A stretch of 54,644 nt of DNA from a virus (IMGVR_UViG_3300032268_001435:1-54644), one strand, 5' to 3'. Shown: positions 16,668 through 25,562, counted from the first letter of the stretch. Translations and numbers: made by a program. The notes: generated from the sequence alone by a model not told the origin.

Positions 16668-16883
16668 ATGTACGCAAACAGGATGATCGTGGGCGTGACG
16701 GTTCGGTGCGGGGAGTGCAACAGGATTGGGACAACCACAGCCCAGCTCACGCCCAATGTCGTTGCAGGCGAGCTCGTGCTGCGTTCCGACAACATGCAGC
16801 CTCCTGCGGACTGGACAACCAAGCAGGTGGACTCCCGAGTCGAGGAGCTCTTCTGCCCAATCTGCTCCCGTGAGGCCCTGTGA
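16668..16883 (+). CDS. small zinc-ribbon protein
   Basis: CGEC..CPIC; GAGGT SD. Confidence 0.7.
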   Translation: MYANRMIVGVTVRCGECNRIGTTTAQLTPNVVAGELVLRSDNMQPPADWTTKQVDSRVEELFCPICSREAL

Positions 16884-16999
16884 TCATTGAGAACTTCCTA
16901 GTGCTGCTCGTCGCGCTAGGCATCTTTTTTGGCACTCTCTCGCTCGGGCGCGCAAAGGACCACATTGGGTCGACACGATCGAGGAACGGTGACAAGTGA
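16880..16999 (+). CDS. 39-aa membrane peptide
   Basis: GTGA overlaps at both ends; hydrophobic N-terminal half. Confidence 0.5.
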   Translation: MIIENFLVLLVALGIFFGTLSLGRAKDHIGSTRSRNGDK

Positions 17000-17502
17000 G
17001 CCTTCGGAACGACATCACTGGAAACCACCTCGGGTTCAGGGTGGACATGCTGGAGAAGGAGAGCAAGAACCACGATGAGCTCATTGAGTGGCTGATCGAG
17101 CGTGTCGCGCTGCTCGAGTCCCCACACCAGCAATTGTCAGCATCACCTCTCGGTCCGGACTACACTCCTCTGTCAGAAGTTCCAACTGTGCCCCGACAGG
17201 CCGCAGCACTTCCAGGCCTGAGCTACGAGATCGATGCACTTCGACATCGTGCGGAGGCGCAGGAAACACAAATCTCTGAGGACGCACTGTTGATTGAGCG
17301 CCTCAGGACTGAACTGGATGCTGCACGTGAGGAGGCAATCAGCTGCGCGCTCGATCGTGATCGTGAGCGGTCCCAGGCGAACGAGTGGCTCGTGCAGTTG
17401 CACGATGCGAAGAAGGAGCTCGTGCGTGCGACATCCATCCTGGAGGCAATCCGCTCGGTGACCGAGGAGCTTGGGTTCGAGATGCCGGAGGATCTTTTCT
17501 AA
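16996..17502 (+). CDS. coiled-coil hypothetical protein
   Basis: E/L/R-rich heptads. Confidence 0.75.
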   Translation: MSLRNDITGNHLGFRVDMLEKESKNHDELIEWLIERVALLESPHQQLSASPLGPDYTPLSEVPTVPRQAAALPGLSYEIDALRHRAEAQETQISEDALLIERLRTELDAAREEAISCALDRDRERSQANEWLVQLHDAKKELVRATSILEAIRSVTEELGFEMPEDLF

Positions 17503-17574
17503 AAGTTCACAGTGGACGTGCAATCCCTGGGCGACTGTGGTATTCTTATACCATCAACGGACACCAAGGAGAAG

Positions 17575-17883
17575 ATGATGACGGAATTCGCTCCCCGCCC
17601 GGTCAACGTGAATGGTATGAGTCTCACTGCGTACGTCGATGGCGTCACCATGGCTTCTGTCGTCGCGCGGTTCGGTGAGGGTCTGATGATCGGGTACGAA
17701 GACGATGAGAAGGGCTATGACGGACGGGAGGTCGGGTTCGTCCACCTTCCCACTGGCCTCGAGTTCTACGTCTACGCACGGTGGGATGCTGTCCGAGTGG
17801 GCTGCCGCCAGGATGAGAGGACGGATGCTGTGAGCCTCTCCGAGGAACTCTCCCGGTACCTCCGACATGCTGCGACTAACTGA
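17575..17883 (+). CDS. hypothetical protein
   Basis: Promoter at 17518, AAGGAG SD. Confidence 0.75.
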   Translation: MMTEFAPRPVNVNGMSLTAYVDGVTMASVVARFGEGLMIGYEDDEKGYDGREVGFVHLPTGLEFYVYARWDAVRVGCRQDERTDAVSLSEELSRYLRHAATN

Positions 17884-17948
17884 GAAAAAGTTCTCCGTCC
17901 CGTGCAACACTTGAGCTGCTGTGGTATCCTTATCAAGTAGGAGGCAAC

Positions 17949-18713
17949 ATGCGGAAGTCAGCCCAGCAGCGAATCTCGGACACGGAGGCAGCCATCTCCC
18001 AGTGGGAGGCGGCAGGCCTCACCTCGGACCGTCGCCTCCACTTCATGCGCGACGCACTGACCCGCATCCGCACGGCGAAGGGCCTCTCGACCGCCCAGCG
18101 CGAGTGGCTGGACACCCTCTGCGCCGAGGGACCTCCCGCCCCGAAGGGTGACCCGGCCCTCCTCACCCGGATGTCGGCTGCACTGCCCCTCCTGGACGCA
18201 CGCGGCAAGGAGGCACTGGAGAGCTTCCGGGGCACGATCAACCGCGGCTACAAGCTCTCTGAGAAGCAGGAGGCCTTCCTGGTCCGGCTCCTCGAGGGGG
18301 CCGAGCGGATCGCCCAAGAGGGCCACTGGCAGCCGAGCCCTGAACTCCGTGCCAAGGCGGACTTCGCCTGGTCGATCCTGATGGGACGCGGCAGCTCGTG
18401 GAAGGGCACCCACCCTGGCACGATGAAGGCTTGCGAGCGCTACGATGCTTGGCGTAAGGAACCCCAGGTCCACCACATTGACGAGTGGGTGGTCACCAAG
18501 ATGCTCGAGTCCTGCGCTCCTGCGATGCGGGAGTTCGTGGAGCCTAAGTTCGAGGAGGGCGAGATGGTGGTCATCATTACCTACGGAACGCAAATGGGAT
18601 TCGGCGTCGTCTGCTCGCGCCCGGTCGGCCTGGATGGCAAGGTTGCCTATGAGGTCCTCCTGGGCGGCAAGCCGGTCGCCTGTCCGACGGACAACATCAA
18701 GAGGATGAAGTGA
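17949..18713 (+). CDS. hypothetical protein with duplicated LSxxQ helical motif and SH3-like C-terminus
   Basis: KGLSTAQREWL / YKLSEKQEAFL; FEEGEMVVI; GGAGG SD. Confidence 0.8.
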   Translation: MRKSAQQRISDTEAAISQWEAAGLTSDRRLHFMRDALTRIRTAKGLSTAQREWLDTLCAEGPPAPKGDPALLTRMSAALPLLDARGKEALESFRGTINRGYKLSEKQEAFLVRLLEGAERIAQEGHWQPSPELRAKADFAWSILMGRGSSWKGTHPGTMKACERYDAWRKEPQVHHIDEWVVTKMLESCAPAMREFVEPKFEEGEMVVIITYGTQMGFGVVCSRPVGLDGKVAYEVLLGGKPVACPTDNIKRMK

Positions 18714-19087
18714 TGAGCGGATTCAAGAAGGGTGACCTGCTGAGGGTCGTTATGGGCTGTCAGCCGCCCGCGTCCACGGTGCCCCGGGGTGTCCGTGTCC
18801 TCACGACCGCTGAGCGAGAGCGTCTCGCGGCCGACCCATACTATCAGGGTCTCGGCGAGGACGGTGAGACCCGCCTCATTCCAAGGTATCGGAACGATAG
18901 GATAGAACTTGGTAAGAACGTCATTGTGATCCGCGCGCGTGCGAAGGCGCCGCGTGAGCTCGGCTGGGGCAAGTGGGCGAACGGTCACGTGCTGGTGCTG
19001 GATCCGAGCACAGGCAACGAGCTGTACATCAAGAGAAATTTTCTGGAGGCACTGGATGCGCGAAAGGAAGGGGTGGTGACGAAGTGA
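18710..19087 (+). CDS. SH3-like hypothetical protein
   Basis: FKKGDLLRV; coupled start. Confidence 0.7.
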   Translation: MMSGFKKGDLLRVVMGCQPPASTVPRGVRVLTTAERERLAADPYYQGLGEDGETRLIPRYRNDRIELGKNVIVIRARAKAPRELGWGKWANGHVLVLDPSTGNELYIKRNFLEALDARKEGVVTK

Positions 19088-19392
19088 AGGGAATGATCGA
19101 AGGAAAGCATTACAGGGTTCTCAACCCAAAGCGGGCGGACGGCGATCTCCGCATCCCAGGCGTCATGGCGATCGCCTGGACGGACGGCCTCATCGGCAGT
19201 GAGGTGACCTGCGTGCGCACCCGTCCATCCCGAGCTGCACAGCTGGGTGAGGTGGGATTCCGTGAGTTCACTTTTGTCATCAGCTTCGACGGTTACCCGC
19301 ACGCGTTCAGCGTGATGGGCGCGACAGACGATGAGATCGAGCAGCGCCTGCGTGAGCAGTTCGAGGTCCTCGAGGCCGCCGACGGCGCCTGA
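19084..19392 (+). CDS. hypothetical protein
   Basis: GTGA overlap. Confidence 0.65.
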   Translation: MKGMIEGKHYRVLNPKRADGDLRIPGVMAIAWTDGLIGSEVTCVRTRPSRAAQLGEVGFREFTFVISFDGYPHAFSVMGATDDEIEQRLREQFEVLEAADGA

Positions 19393-19465
19393 GAATATTG
19401 TGACATCCCGTGCAACCATGCTAGGCCTGTGGTAATCTATAAGGACGAAGGAGACAGGGAAGAAG

Positions 19466-19837
19466 ATGCGAATGAGCAACAACACTGCAGCGAATCTGGA
19501 CAAGAACGATGTCGTCCATTACCTCATTCAGGACGTGTTCACCGAGGAGTTCCTGGTGGCACACGAGGACGACGAGCTCGGTGGAGACCAGTGGGCACAG
19601 CTCAACGTCGACGCAGAGGACATCGGAAGCGCTTCTTACCTCGAGGAGGAGGTCGACCCCGGCGCTCTGTTCTCGTCTCCCGGTGAGGCACTCGAGGTCG
19701 CCAAGGTCCTCATGGAGGTCCTCAAGGAGCGATTCCCGGGCGAGGAATTCGAACTCCAGATCGTGAAGGCGCGGACTGTGACGACCTCCTCCATCGAGAC
19801 CGAGGAGGTCGACTCCCTCTCGTTCCGACTCCCCTGA
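19466..19837 (+). CDS. highly acidic protein; possible +1 frameshift extension to 19994
   Basis: Own promoter at 19410; D/E-rich; ends CCC TGA C with an open +1 frame. Confidence 0.75.
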   Translation: MRMSNNTAANLDKNDVVHYLIQDVFTEEFLVAHEDDELGGDQWAQLNVDAEDIGSASYLEEEVDPGALFSSPGEALEVAKVLMEVLKERFPGEEFELQIVKARTVTTSSIETEEVDSLSFRLP

Positions 19838-20070
19838 CGACGATTCGGACGAGGACGAGGACGAGGACGAGTGCTTCAGCGACGTGTGCGACGACTCCTG
19901 CGCGGACGGCAACGCTCTGAACGACGACGAGGTCGACAGCGAGCCCCCGCGACGCGAGCGCTCGAAGAAGCCCTCCTCCAAGAAGCGTCGCTGACACGAC
20001 ACTGCCGGGTCCCGTGAAAAAAGATCGCGGGACCCGTGCAATACCTCCCGGTCTGTGGTATTCTAAGACC

Positions 20071-20316
20071 ATGGAGAACAACGACAAGATGCCTCAAATC
20101 GGTGACCTCGCGCCCCTCTACCTCTGCGGCGACTGGTACGACCACGTCATCATCGAGGTGCACAGCGCGACCCGCATCGTCGTGGCGCAGGGCTCCACGA
20201 TCGACACCGCGTTCGGTCCCAAGGAGATCGTCACGCGTCGCACGAAGTCGGGCCAGTGGGTGGCCCTGGGCAAGACCCGTCAGCAGGCCGGCTACCACTC
20301 GGTCTACGCCCGCTAA
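20071..20316 (+). CDS. leaderless small protein (SH3-like)
   Basis: TATTCT-N6-ATG; PQIGDLAPL. Confidence 0.75.
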   Translation: MENNDKMPQIGDLAPLYLCGDWYDHVIIEVHSATRIVVAQGSTIDTAFGPKEIVTRRTKSGQWVALGKTRQQAGYHSVYAR

Positions 20317-20416
20317 AAAAAAGTGAACCACGCTGTGCAAGTTCCCGGCGGCCGTGGTATCCTAATCAAGTAACGGACAACGAACCAACGATCATCGGAC
20401 TGAAAGGGACAAGACA

Positions 20417-20740
20417 ATGACGAAGCGCAACTCGACCTACACCCTCTCCTCGAAGCCCTGCGACATCGAGTACCGCATGAAGCGTGCGGTCGGCCTCGCC
20501 GAGCGGCTCGAGGCGTGCCTCCGCTCCATCGACCCGGCGGTCTTCCCGGAGGGGACGCTCGCGGCGCTCACGGAGCAGGCGTCGGCCCTCGTGGCAGCAA
20601 CGTCGGGCACTCGGACTGGTGCGCCCACCAAGCGCGTCCACACCCGCCGCAAGGGCGTGGAGGCCCAGCCTGTCGTGGAGACAACCCCGTCGGAGACCCA
20701 GGAGGTCACCTTCGTCGAGGAGGACCTCGCGGCGGAGTGA
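20417..20740 (+). CDS. paralog family member 1 (PxDIxxR..SIDP)
   Basis: Similar to 24644 and 27566. Confidence 0.75.
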   Translation: MTKRNSTYTLSSKPCDIEYRMKRAVGLAERLEACLRSIDPAVFPEGTLAALTEQASALVAATSGTRTGAPTKRVHTRRKGVEAQPVVETTPSETQEVTFVEEDLAAE

Positions 20741-20748
20741 GGTGGACC

Positions 20749-20979
20749 ATGGAAGGAGTCGCACTGGGATCGATCCGAACTTTTGTCAGGGACACCTATC
20801 TCTACAGACAGGACGCCGACGGATCGGTCCCGGTCCGTGTCGCCGACCTTGAGATCCTGGCGAGGAAGGGCGATCCTGTCCTCGTAGTGGGAGATTTCGG
20901 AGTCTACGTCGACTTTCTCTTCAAGGGCGACTTGTTCACCTGCAGGTCAACGGTCCTGCGGAATGCCGAGGAGGCCTGA
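20749..20979 (+). CDS. small hypothetical protein
   Basis: GAGGT SD. Confidence 0.6.
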   Translation: MEGVALGSIRTFVRDTYLYRQDADGSVPVRVADLEILARKGDPVLVVGDFGVYVDFLFKGDLFTCRSTVLRNAEEA

Positions 20980-20980
20980 G

Positions 20981-21394
20981 ATGGGTTCTAACTACTGGGG
21001 CACCGTCACCCACTTCAGGCTGCCCGTCCAGGCGATCCGGGAGGTGGAGGAGCTCGTCCGCAAGCAGCAACGGATTGCTGCGATCAAGATCATCCGCACC
21101 CACACCGGCTGTGGCCTCGCCGAGGCGAAGGCTGCTGTCGAGCGGATCGATGGCCGTGAGCCCAACGGTCCCAAGCTCCTCCCGTTCCTAGAGCTCAAGT
21201 CCATCGTGATCACCACCGGCGAGGGCGACGTGACCGTGGACCTGGAGGGCCTGCAGCTGATGGGCCTCATGCAGCTCGAGAAGCTGGGCCTGCAGGAGTG
21301 CCGTAGGATCCTGGACCTCGTCGCTGCGATCGAGGCGTGGCGGGACCAGGGACTCACAGCGGACAACAAGGCTTCTAAGTCGTATCAGGAGTAA
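20981..21394 (+). CDS. protein with ribosomal bL12 (L7/L12) C-terminal-like domain
   Basis: RIAAIKIIRTHTGCGLAEAKAAVE resembles the bL12 motif KxxVIKxVRxxTGLGLKEAKxxVE. Confidence 0.8.
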   Translation: MGSNYWGTVTHFRLPVQAIREVEELVRKQQRIAAIKIIRTHTGCGLAEAKAAVERIDGREPNGPKLLPFLELKSIVITTGEGDVTVDLEGLQLMGLMQLEKLGLQECRRILDLVAAIEAWRDQGLTADNKASKSYQE

Positions 21395-21400
21395 TACACC

Positions 21401-21529
21401 GTGGAAATCATCTGGATCATCTTCCTGCTGTGCACGATCGTGGCACTTCTCCCGGCAGCTGGGTTCATCATCGCGATCCTCATCTTCGGCAAGATCGTCG
21501 AGTGGCTCTTCGGTGGCGGAAGCAAGTAA
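21401..21529 (+). CDS. 42-aa membrane peptide
   Basis: AGGAG SD, GTG start, long hydrophobic stretch. Confidence 0.6.
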   Translation: MEIIWIIFLLCTIVALLPAAGFIIAILIFGKIVEWLFGGGSK

Positions 21530-21580
21530 AAAAGTTGAGGATCCCGTGCAACCACCCAGACGTTGTGGTATTCTAAGACC

Positions 21581-21808
21581 ATGGAGATCAACAACGAAAC
21601 GCTGAAGGCGCACTACATCCTCTACATCCCCGCCGCACGGACCTACGACGGCCGGTCGCTGTACGCGGTCTTCGGTGAGACCGGGCGTCGACTCGCTGAG
21701 TACGGTGATCTACCCCGATTCCTCAGGGTCAATGACGTGGGTGAGTGGACGGGCCACAGCACGAAGTACATCGATAACCCAGCCACCTCCCAGGGACGGA
21801 TGGTCTGA
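21581..21808 (+). CDS. leaderless small protein
   Basis: TATTCT-AAGACC-ATG. Confidence 0.75.
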   Translation: MEINNETLKAHYILYIPAARTYDGRSLYAVFGETGRRLAEYGDLPRFLRVNDVGEWTGHSTKYIDNPATSQGRMV

Positions 21809-21856
21809 CTCCCGTGCAATGGTCGAGCCTACTGTGGTACAGTGAGGGGCTCCCAT

Positions 21857-21952
21857 TAGCGTGAGAAATAGTGTCACAATTAGTGTGAGAAATAGTGTCA
21901 CAATTAGTGTGAGAAATAGTGTGAGAAATAGTGTGAGAAATAGTGCGACGCA
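21857..21952 (+). repeat. 12-bp tandem repeat array B (TAGTGTGAGAAA / TAGTGTCACAAT)
   Basis: 7 clean units plus 1 degenerate unit between promoters 21814 and 21955. Confidence 0.92.
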
Positions 21953-22029
21953 ACGTGCAACGCACTGGTAGCTGTGGTATCCTTATCAAGTAACGGACAA
22001 CGAACCAACACTCGAAGGAAGACCAACTC

Positions 22030-22779
22030 ATGAAGCTCAACGTCCGCAACGACTCCATCGACTTCGGCACCAACATCCTCACGGTCGAGGTTCCCAAGGC
22101 GCTCCGGAACAAGGTGAAGTCGGGCATCGAGTACGTGGACGGCGCACTCGGCGGCGAGGGGTTCACGCCCAGCCAGGTCGTCCTCTTCACCGGCACGCCC
22201 GGCGCGGGCAAGACCACCATGACCCTCACGATGGCTGACAGGCTCACGAAGGGCGGAGCGGTCGTCGTGTTCAACACCGCCGAGGAAAGCCTCTTCCAGG
22301 TGAAGCTCATCGCGGAGCGCCTCTGCCTCAAGTCCGGCTTCGCGGTCGGCCAGGAGACCCACGTCCCCACGCTCCTCCAGAAGTGCGACGAGCTCCGGGC
22401 GAAGAACCCCGGCAAGCCCTTCTTCCTCATCGTCGACTCGCTCCAGTGCATGGACGACGGTCACTACAACGACGGACAGACGAACTCGCAGTCGCCTGTG
22501 CGCGCGCTCGGACTCATCACCGACTGGTGCAAGTCCAACTACTCCAATGCGGTCGTCATCGGCCAGGTCACGAAGGACGGCAAGATGGCCGGCAGCCAGA
22601 AGCTCAAGCACATGGTCGACGCCATGATGGAGCTGAGCATCGAGGAGAAGGACGAGGACCTCCGAGGCTGCCGGGTCCTCCAGACGGTGAAGAACCGCTT
22701 CGGTGGCTGCGGCCACACCTTCTACCTCGCCATGGAGCCCAAGGGCTTCAAGGTGGTGGCCAAGGTCTCGGCCTCCTGA
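22030..22779 (+). CDS. radA: RadA/Sms-like ATPase domain (no zinc finger, no Lon-like domain)
   Basis: GTPGAGKT, IVDSLQ, GQVTKDGKMAG..LKHMVD and KNRFG signature. Confidence 0.85.
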   Translation: MKLNVRNDSIDFGTNILTVEVPKALRNKVKSGIEYVDGALGGEGFTPSQVVLFTGTPGAGKTTMTLTMADRLTKGGAVVVFNTAEESLFQVKLIAERLCLKSGFAVGQETHVPTLLQKCDELRAKNPGKPFFLIVDSLQCMDDGHYNDGQTNSQSPVRALGLITDWCKSNYSNAVVIGQVTKDGKMAGSQKLKHMVDAMMELSIEEKDEDLRGCRVLQTVKNRFGGCGHTFYLAMEPKGFKVVAKVSAS

Positions 22780-22801
22780 GGCTGCAGCACGGCGCTCCAG
22801 G

Positions 22802-22827
22802 GCGGCCACCCCGTGAGGGGTGGCCGC
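22802..22827 (+). terminator. 11-bp GC hairpin with GNRA loop
   Basis: GCGGCCACCCC-GTGA-GGGGTGGCCGC after the radA-like gene; no U-tract. Confidence 0.55.
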
Positions 22828-22846
22828 GTCACCGTTCCACCAACAC

Positions 22847-22876
22847 AGGATAGGCACGCACGCGGCGGGCTTGCAC
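22847..22876 (-). promoter_or_regulatory. reverse-strand copy of the early promoter
   Basis: GTGCAA-N18-TATCCT on the minus strand, back-to-back with promoter 22910. Confidence 0.6.
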
Positions 22877-22944
22877 GCACGGCGGGCAAAAACTTTTTTT
22901 GTGGTTCCCGTGCACCCACCGCGCGCCTGTGGTATTCTAACACC

Positions 22945-23190
22945 ATGGACGCCAACACCTACTATACCAAGAAGCACGCCCTCTGCCTCGAGCTCGCCAA
23001 CGCGATCGGGTCCGCCTTCCCCGCCTTCCTCCGCCTTCAGGAGCACGAGCTCAAGTTCCACGGGGTCGAGGACAACCAGGACCCGGATGTCCGGCTCATC
23101 GGCATGGAGCTGCTCAACCTCATCGTGAACGCGGACGGGCTCTCCAACGCCGTCGAGCCGCTCGCCCAGGCAGCAGCCCAGTCTCGGTGA
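22945..23190 (+). CDS. leaderless small protein
   Basis: TATTCT-AACACC-ATG. Confidence 0.75.
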   Translation: MDANTYYTKKHALCLELANAIGSAFPAFLRLQEHELKFHGVEDNQDPDVRLIGMELLNLIVNADGLSNAVEPLAQAAAQSR

Positions 23191-23242
23191 AAAAGTTTGG
23201 GGGACCCGTGCAAGCGGGGCGCAGCTGAGGTACAAAGGGACC

Positions 23243-23473
23243 ATGAAGAACATCAAGATCGAGTTCAACACCCGCAGCTACGTCTTCTCCCACGGCCGCG
23301 AGCCCCGCGGCTACGGCAGCTGGGCCTTCAACTGGGGCACGGGGACGCAGTTCGCGCCCACGGGGACGTACGCGGAGGCGAAGCGGTGGGCTGCGGAGAC
23401 TGCCCGGGCGAGCTTCGCCCACCTGCCGCTCCACACCTGCCGTCCCGGCGTCGTGATCGAAGTGTGCTCGTGA
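23243..23473 (+). CDS. leaderless small protein
   Basis: TACAAA-GGGACC-ATG; HGREPRGYGSWAF. Confidence 0.8.
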   Translation: MKNIKIEFNTRSYVFSHGREPRGYGSWAFNWGTGTQFAPTGTYAEAKRWAAETARASFAHLPLHTCRPGVVIEVCS

Positions 23474-23510
23474 TCGTGCAATTCTGGCGCACCTGAGGTA
23501 AGGTAACACC

Positions 23511-23681
23511 ATGAAGACCTTCATCATCCACTGGCACACGGTTTCCCAGGGTCAGAACCTCCGCGGCGGCTATAGCGTCGTCGTCGAGCGGGACAAGCGC
23601 GCGGCACGCCGTGCAATCCGCTCCCAGATGCGCGTCAGCCGGGGCGAGAGCCTCCGCATCGACCGGGTCGATGCCCGCTGA
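23511..23681 (+). CDS. leaderless 56-aa basic protein (not in ORF track)
   Basis: TAAGGT-AACACC-ATG; MKTFIIHWH...; stop fused to the next A-tract. Confidence 0.75.
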   Translation: MKTFIIHWHTVSQGQNLRGGYSVVVERDKRAARRAIRSQMRVSRGESLRIDRVDAR

Positions 23682-23733
23682 AAAAGTTCGCGGGTCCCGT
23701 GCAATCCACACCCACCTGAGGTACAAGAAGAAC

Positions 23734-24018
23734 ATGAACAACAACATCGAGATCGTTCGCAGCGCGCTCAACACCGTCTTCGGCAACCGGGTCGGCCGGC
23801 AGCAGATCGAGGATGCCACGTTCACGGGCCGCGAGGACCCGGGCGGCTGGGCCCCGCGAGCGCAGGTCGTCATCCACACCGAGCGCGGCATCCCGGCCCT
23901 CCGGTACGACAGCCAGGCAATCGTGGCGGCCTGGGACCGCGTGAACGACGTCCTCGCGGAGCACGATCTCTTCTGCGAGCCCATCAACGGTGCGATCGTG
24001 GCTGTCTACAACGCCTGA
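23734..24018 (+). CDS. leaderless small protein
   Basis: TACAAG-AAGAAC-ATG. Confidence 0.8.
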   Translation: MNNNIEIVRSALNTVFGNRVGRQQIEDATFTGREDPGGWAPRAQVVIHTERGIPALRYDSQAIVAAWDRVNDVLAEHDLFCEPINGAIVAVYNA

Positions 24019-24071
24019 AAAAAGTTCTGAGTCCCGTGCAATCGTCCCGCGGGTGGGGTATAAAGGAGATC

Positions 24072-24257
24072 ATGGAATACAAGGACATCCGAACCGGTCA
24101 GCGCGTCGTCCTCCCAGGCGGTCTCTCAGGTGAGGTGGTGGAGGTCGATCCCCGCCGCTTGGGGACTGGCGATCCCGTGAGAGTGCGCATTCACCTGCCC
24201 ATCACGGGCACACACGCTCTCTGGGTGGAGCCCAGTCAGCTCACTCCCGGGAGCTGA
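24072..24257 (+). CDS. small SH3/KOW-like protein
   Basis: TATAAA-N7-ATG; IRTGQRVV..GEVVEV..WVEPSQL. Confidence 0.7.
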   Translation: MEYKDIRTGQRVVLPGGLSGEVVEVDPRRLGTGDPVRVRIHLPITGTHALWVEPSQLTPGS

Positions 24258-24311
24258 GAAAAAAGTTTCGAGTCCCGTGCAACCGACCCCCACCTGAGGT
24301 ACAACAGAGAC

Positions 24312-24590
24312 ATGGACAACAACATCACGCCCACGACCTTCGTCGCCTACGAGTGGTACGACCTCCTCAGCCTCTTCCCGGAGGGTTTCGAGGACCACGC
24401 CCGCGAGCGCATGAACAACAAGGGACCCTCCTACGGCGACGCGGAGGCAACCCTCATCAAGGGCACGCGCGCCGAGCGCATCCTCTACGACGCCTGGGAC
24501 AGCTGGCGCGGCGCTGAGGAACACAGCCGCCGCGAGGTCTTCGCCCGCCTCCCCTCCCTCATCAACGCCCTCGTCGCCCTCGACGGCTGA
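24312..24590 (+). CDS. leaderless small protein
   Basis: TACAAC-AGAGAC-ATG. Confidence 0.8.
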   Translation: MDNNITPTTFVAYEWYDLLSLFPEGFEDHARERMNNKGPSYGDAEATLIKGTRAERILYDAWDSWRGAEEHSRREVFARLPSLINALVALDG

Positions 24591-24643
24591 AAAAGTTTCC
24601 ACCACGTCGTGCAACGGACCCACAGCTGAGGTATATTAGGACC

Positions 24644-24940
24644 ATGAAGAACAACACGCTCCCCCTCGCTACCGCCCCCGTGGACATCACCCGCCGCGCC
24701 CAGCGCGCCCGCCAGCTCATCGCCCAGGCGCAGGAGCTGATGGCCTCGATCGATCCCGCCGCCGTCAGCGCCACCGCAGCCCTCGTCCTCGTCGAGCTGG
24801 GCTCGGTCCTCGAGGTCGCCTCCGTCACCGCCACGGGCTTCATCGACGAGATGCCGCAGAAGCGCTCCTGGAACCGTCGCCCCGCGGCCGAGGCCACCGC
24901 TCAGGCCCAGGGTGAGGAGCCCAGCTTCATCGAGATTTGA
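24644..24940 (+). CDS. leaderless paralog family member 2
   Basis: TATATT-AGGACC-ATG; PVDITRR..SIDP. Confidence 0.8.
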   Translation: MKNNTLPLATAPVDITRRAQRARQLIAQAQELMASIDPAAVSATAALVLVELGSVLEVASVTATGFIDEMPQKRSWNRRPAAEATAQAQGEEPSFIEI

Positions 24941-25012
24941 GGCGCGGGGAGGGGCTGCCAAAAGTGGCCCCTCCCACGTGCAATCCGACCGCAGCTGATG
25001 TAGAGTAGGACC

Positions 25013-25192
25013 ATGAAGAACGCCAAGAAGAACGAAGTCACCTACGACGATCCCCTCATCATCGCGGTCCGCCTCGCGGCGAAGTTCCCCCTCGCCCGCT
25101 GCTGGAACGAGGGGCAGCAAATCTACATTCGCTACGCCACTGGGATGAGCGAGTATCTCACCATCCCCCAGGCGATCAAGCTCCTGGGCTGA
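25013..25192 (+). CDS. leaderless 59-aa protein (not in ORF track)
   Basis: TAGAGT-AGGACC-ATG; MKNAKKNEV... Confidence 0.75.
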   Translation: MKNAKKNEVTYDDPLIIAVRLAAKFPLARCWNEGQQIYIRYATGMSEYLTIPQAIKLLG

Positions 25193-25228
25193 CACGCAAC
25201 ACAAACACAGAAGAGGACACACACAGAA

Positions 25229-25399
25229 ATGCACGACACGTTCATCTGCTACTTGATCTCCTTCGTCACCGGCGCGGTGGTCTTCTGGGTCGTCAGCAGC
25301 CGCATCGATGCTGCACAGCGACGTGAGGCCGACGCAAAGTTGAGCCAGGAGCTCCAGGACGCCCACGATCATATCCGTCGAAGGCGAATGGGAGAATGA
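25229..25399 (+). CDS. 56-aa membrane-anchored peptide
   Basis: GAGGA SD; N-terminal hydrophobic helix. Confidence 0.6.
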   Translation: MHDTFICYLISFVTGAVVFWVVSSRIDAAQRREADAKLSQELQDAHDHIRRRRMGE

Positions 25400-25524
25400 C
25401 TGGGCTCTTCGCCTCTCTCATGATGGCAGGCGGATGCTTCACGATCGGCATCCTCATCCCATTGCTCGTCTTCTTTGTGTGGCTCTGGGTGCACCTCTCT
25501 TCTGATGATAAAAACCGACGTTGA
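25396..25524 (+). CDS. 42-aa membrane peptide
   Basis: ATGA overlap; hydrophobic. Confidence 0.55.
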   Translation: MTGLFASLMMAGGCFTIGILIPLLVFFVWLWVHLSSDDKNRR

Positions 25525-25562
25525 CCCGTGCAATCTGGGCCCACTTGGGGTATATTAGGACC

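Noticed and set aside
21857-21952. 12-bp arrays as CRISPR arrays
   Set aside because: Units are contiguous 12-mers with no unique spacers, and no cas genes are present.
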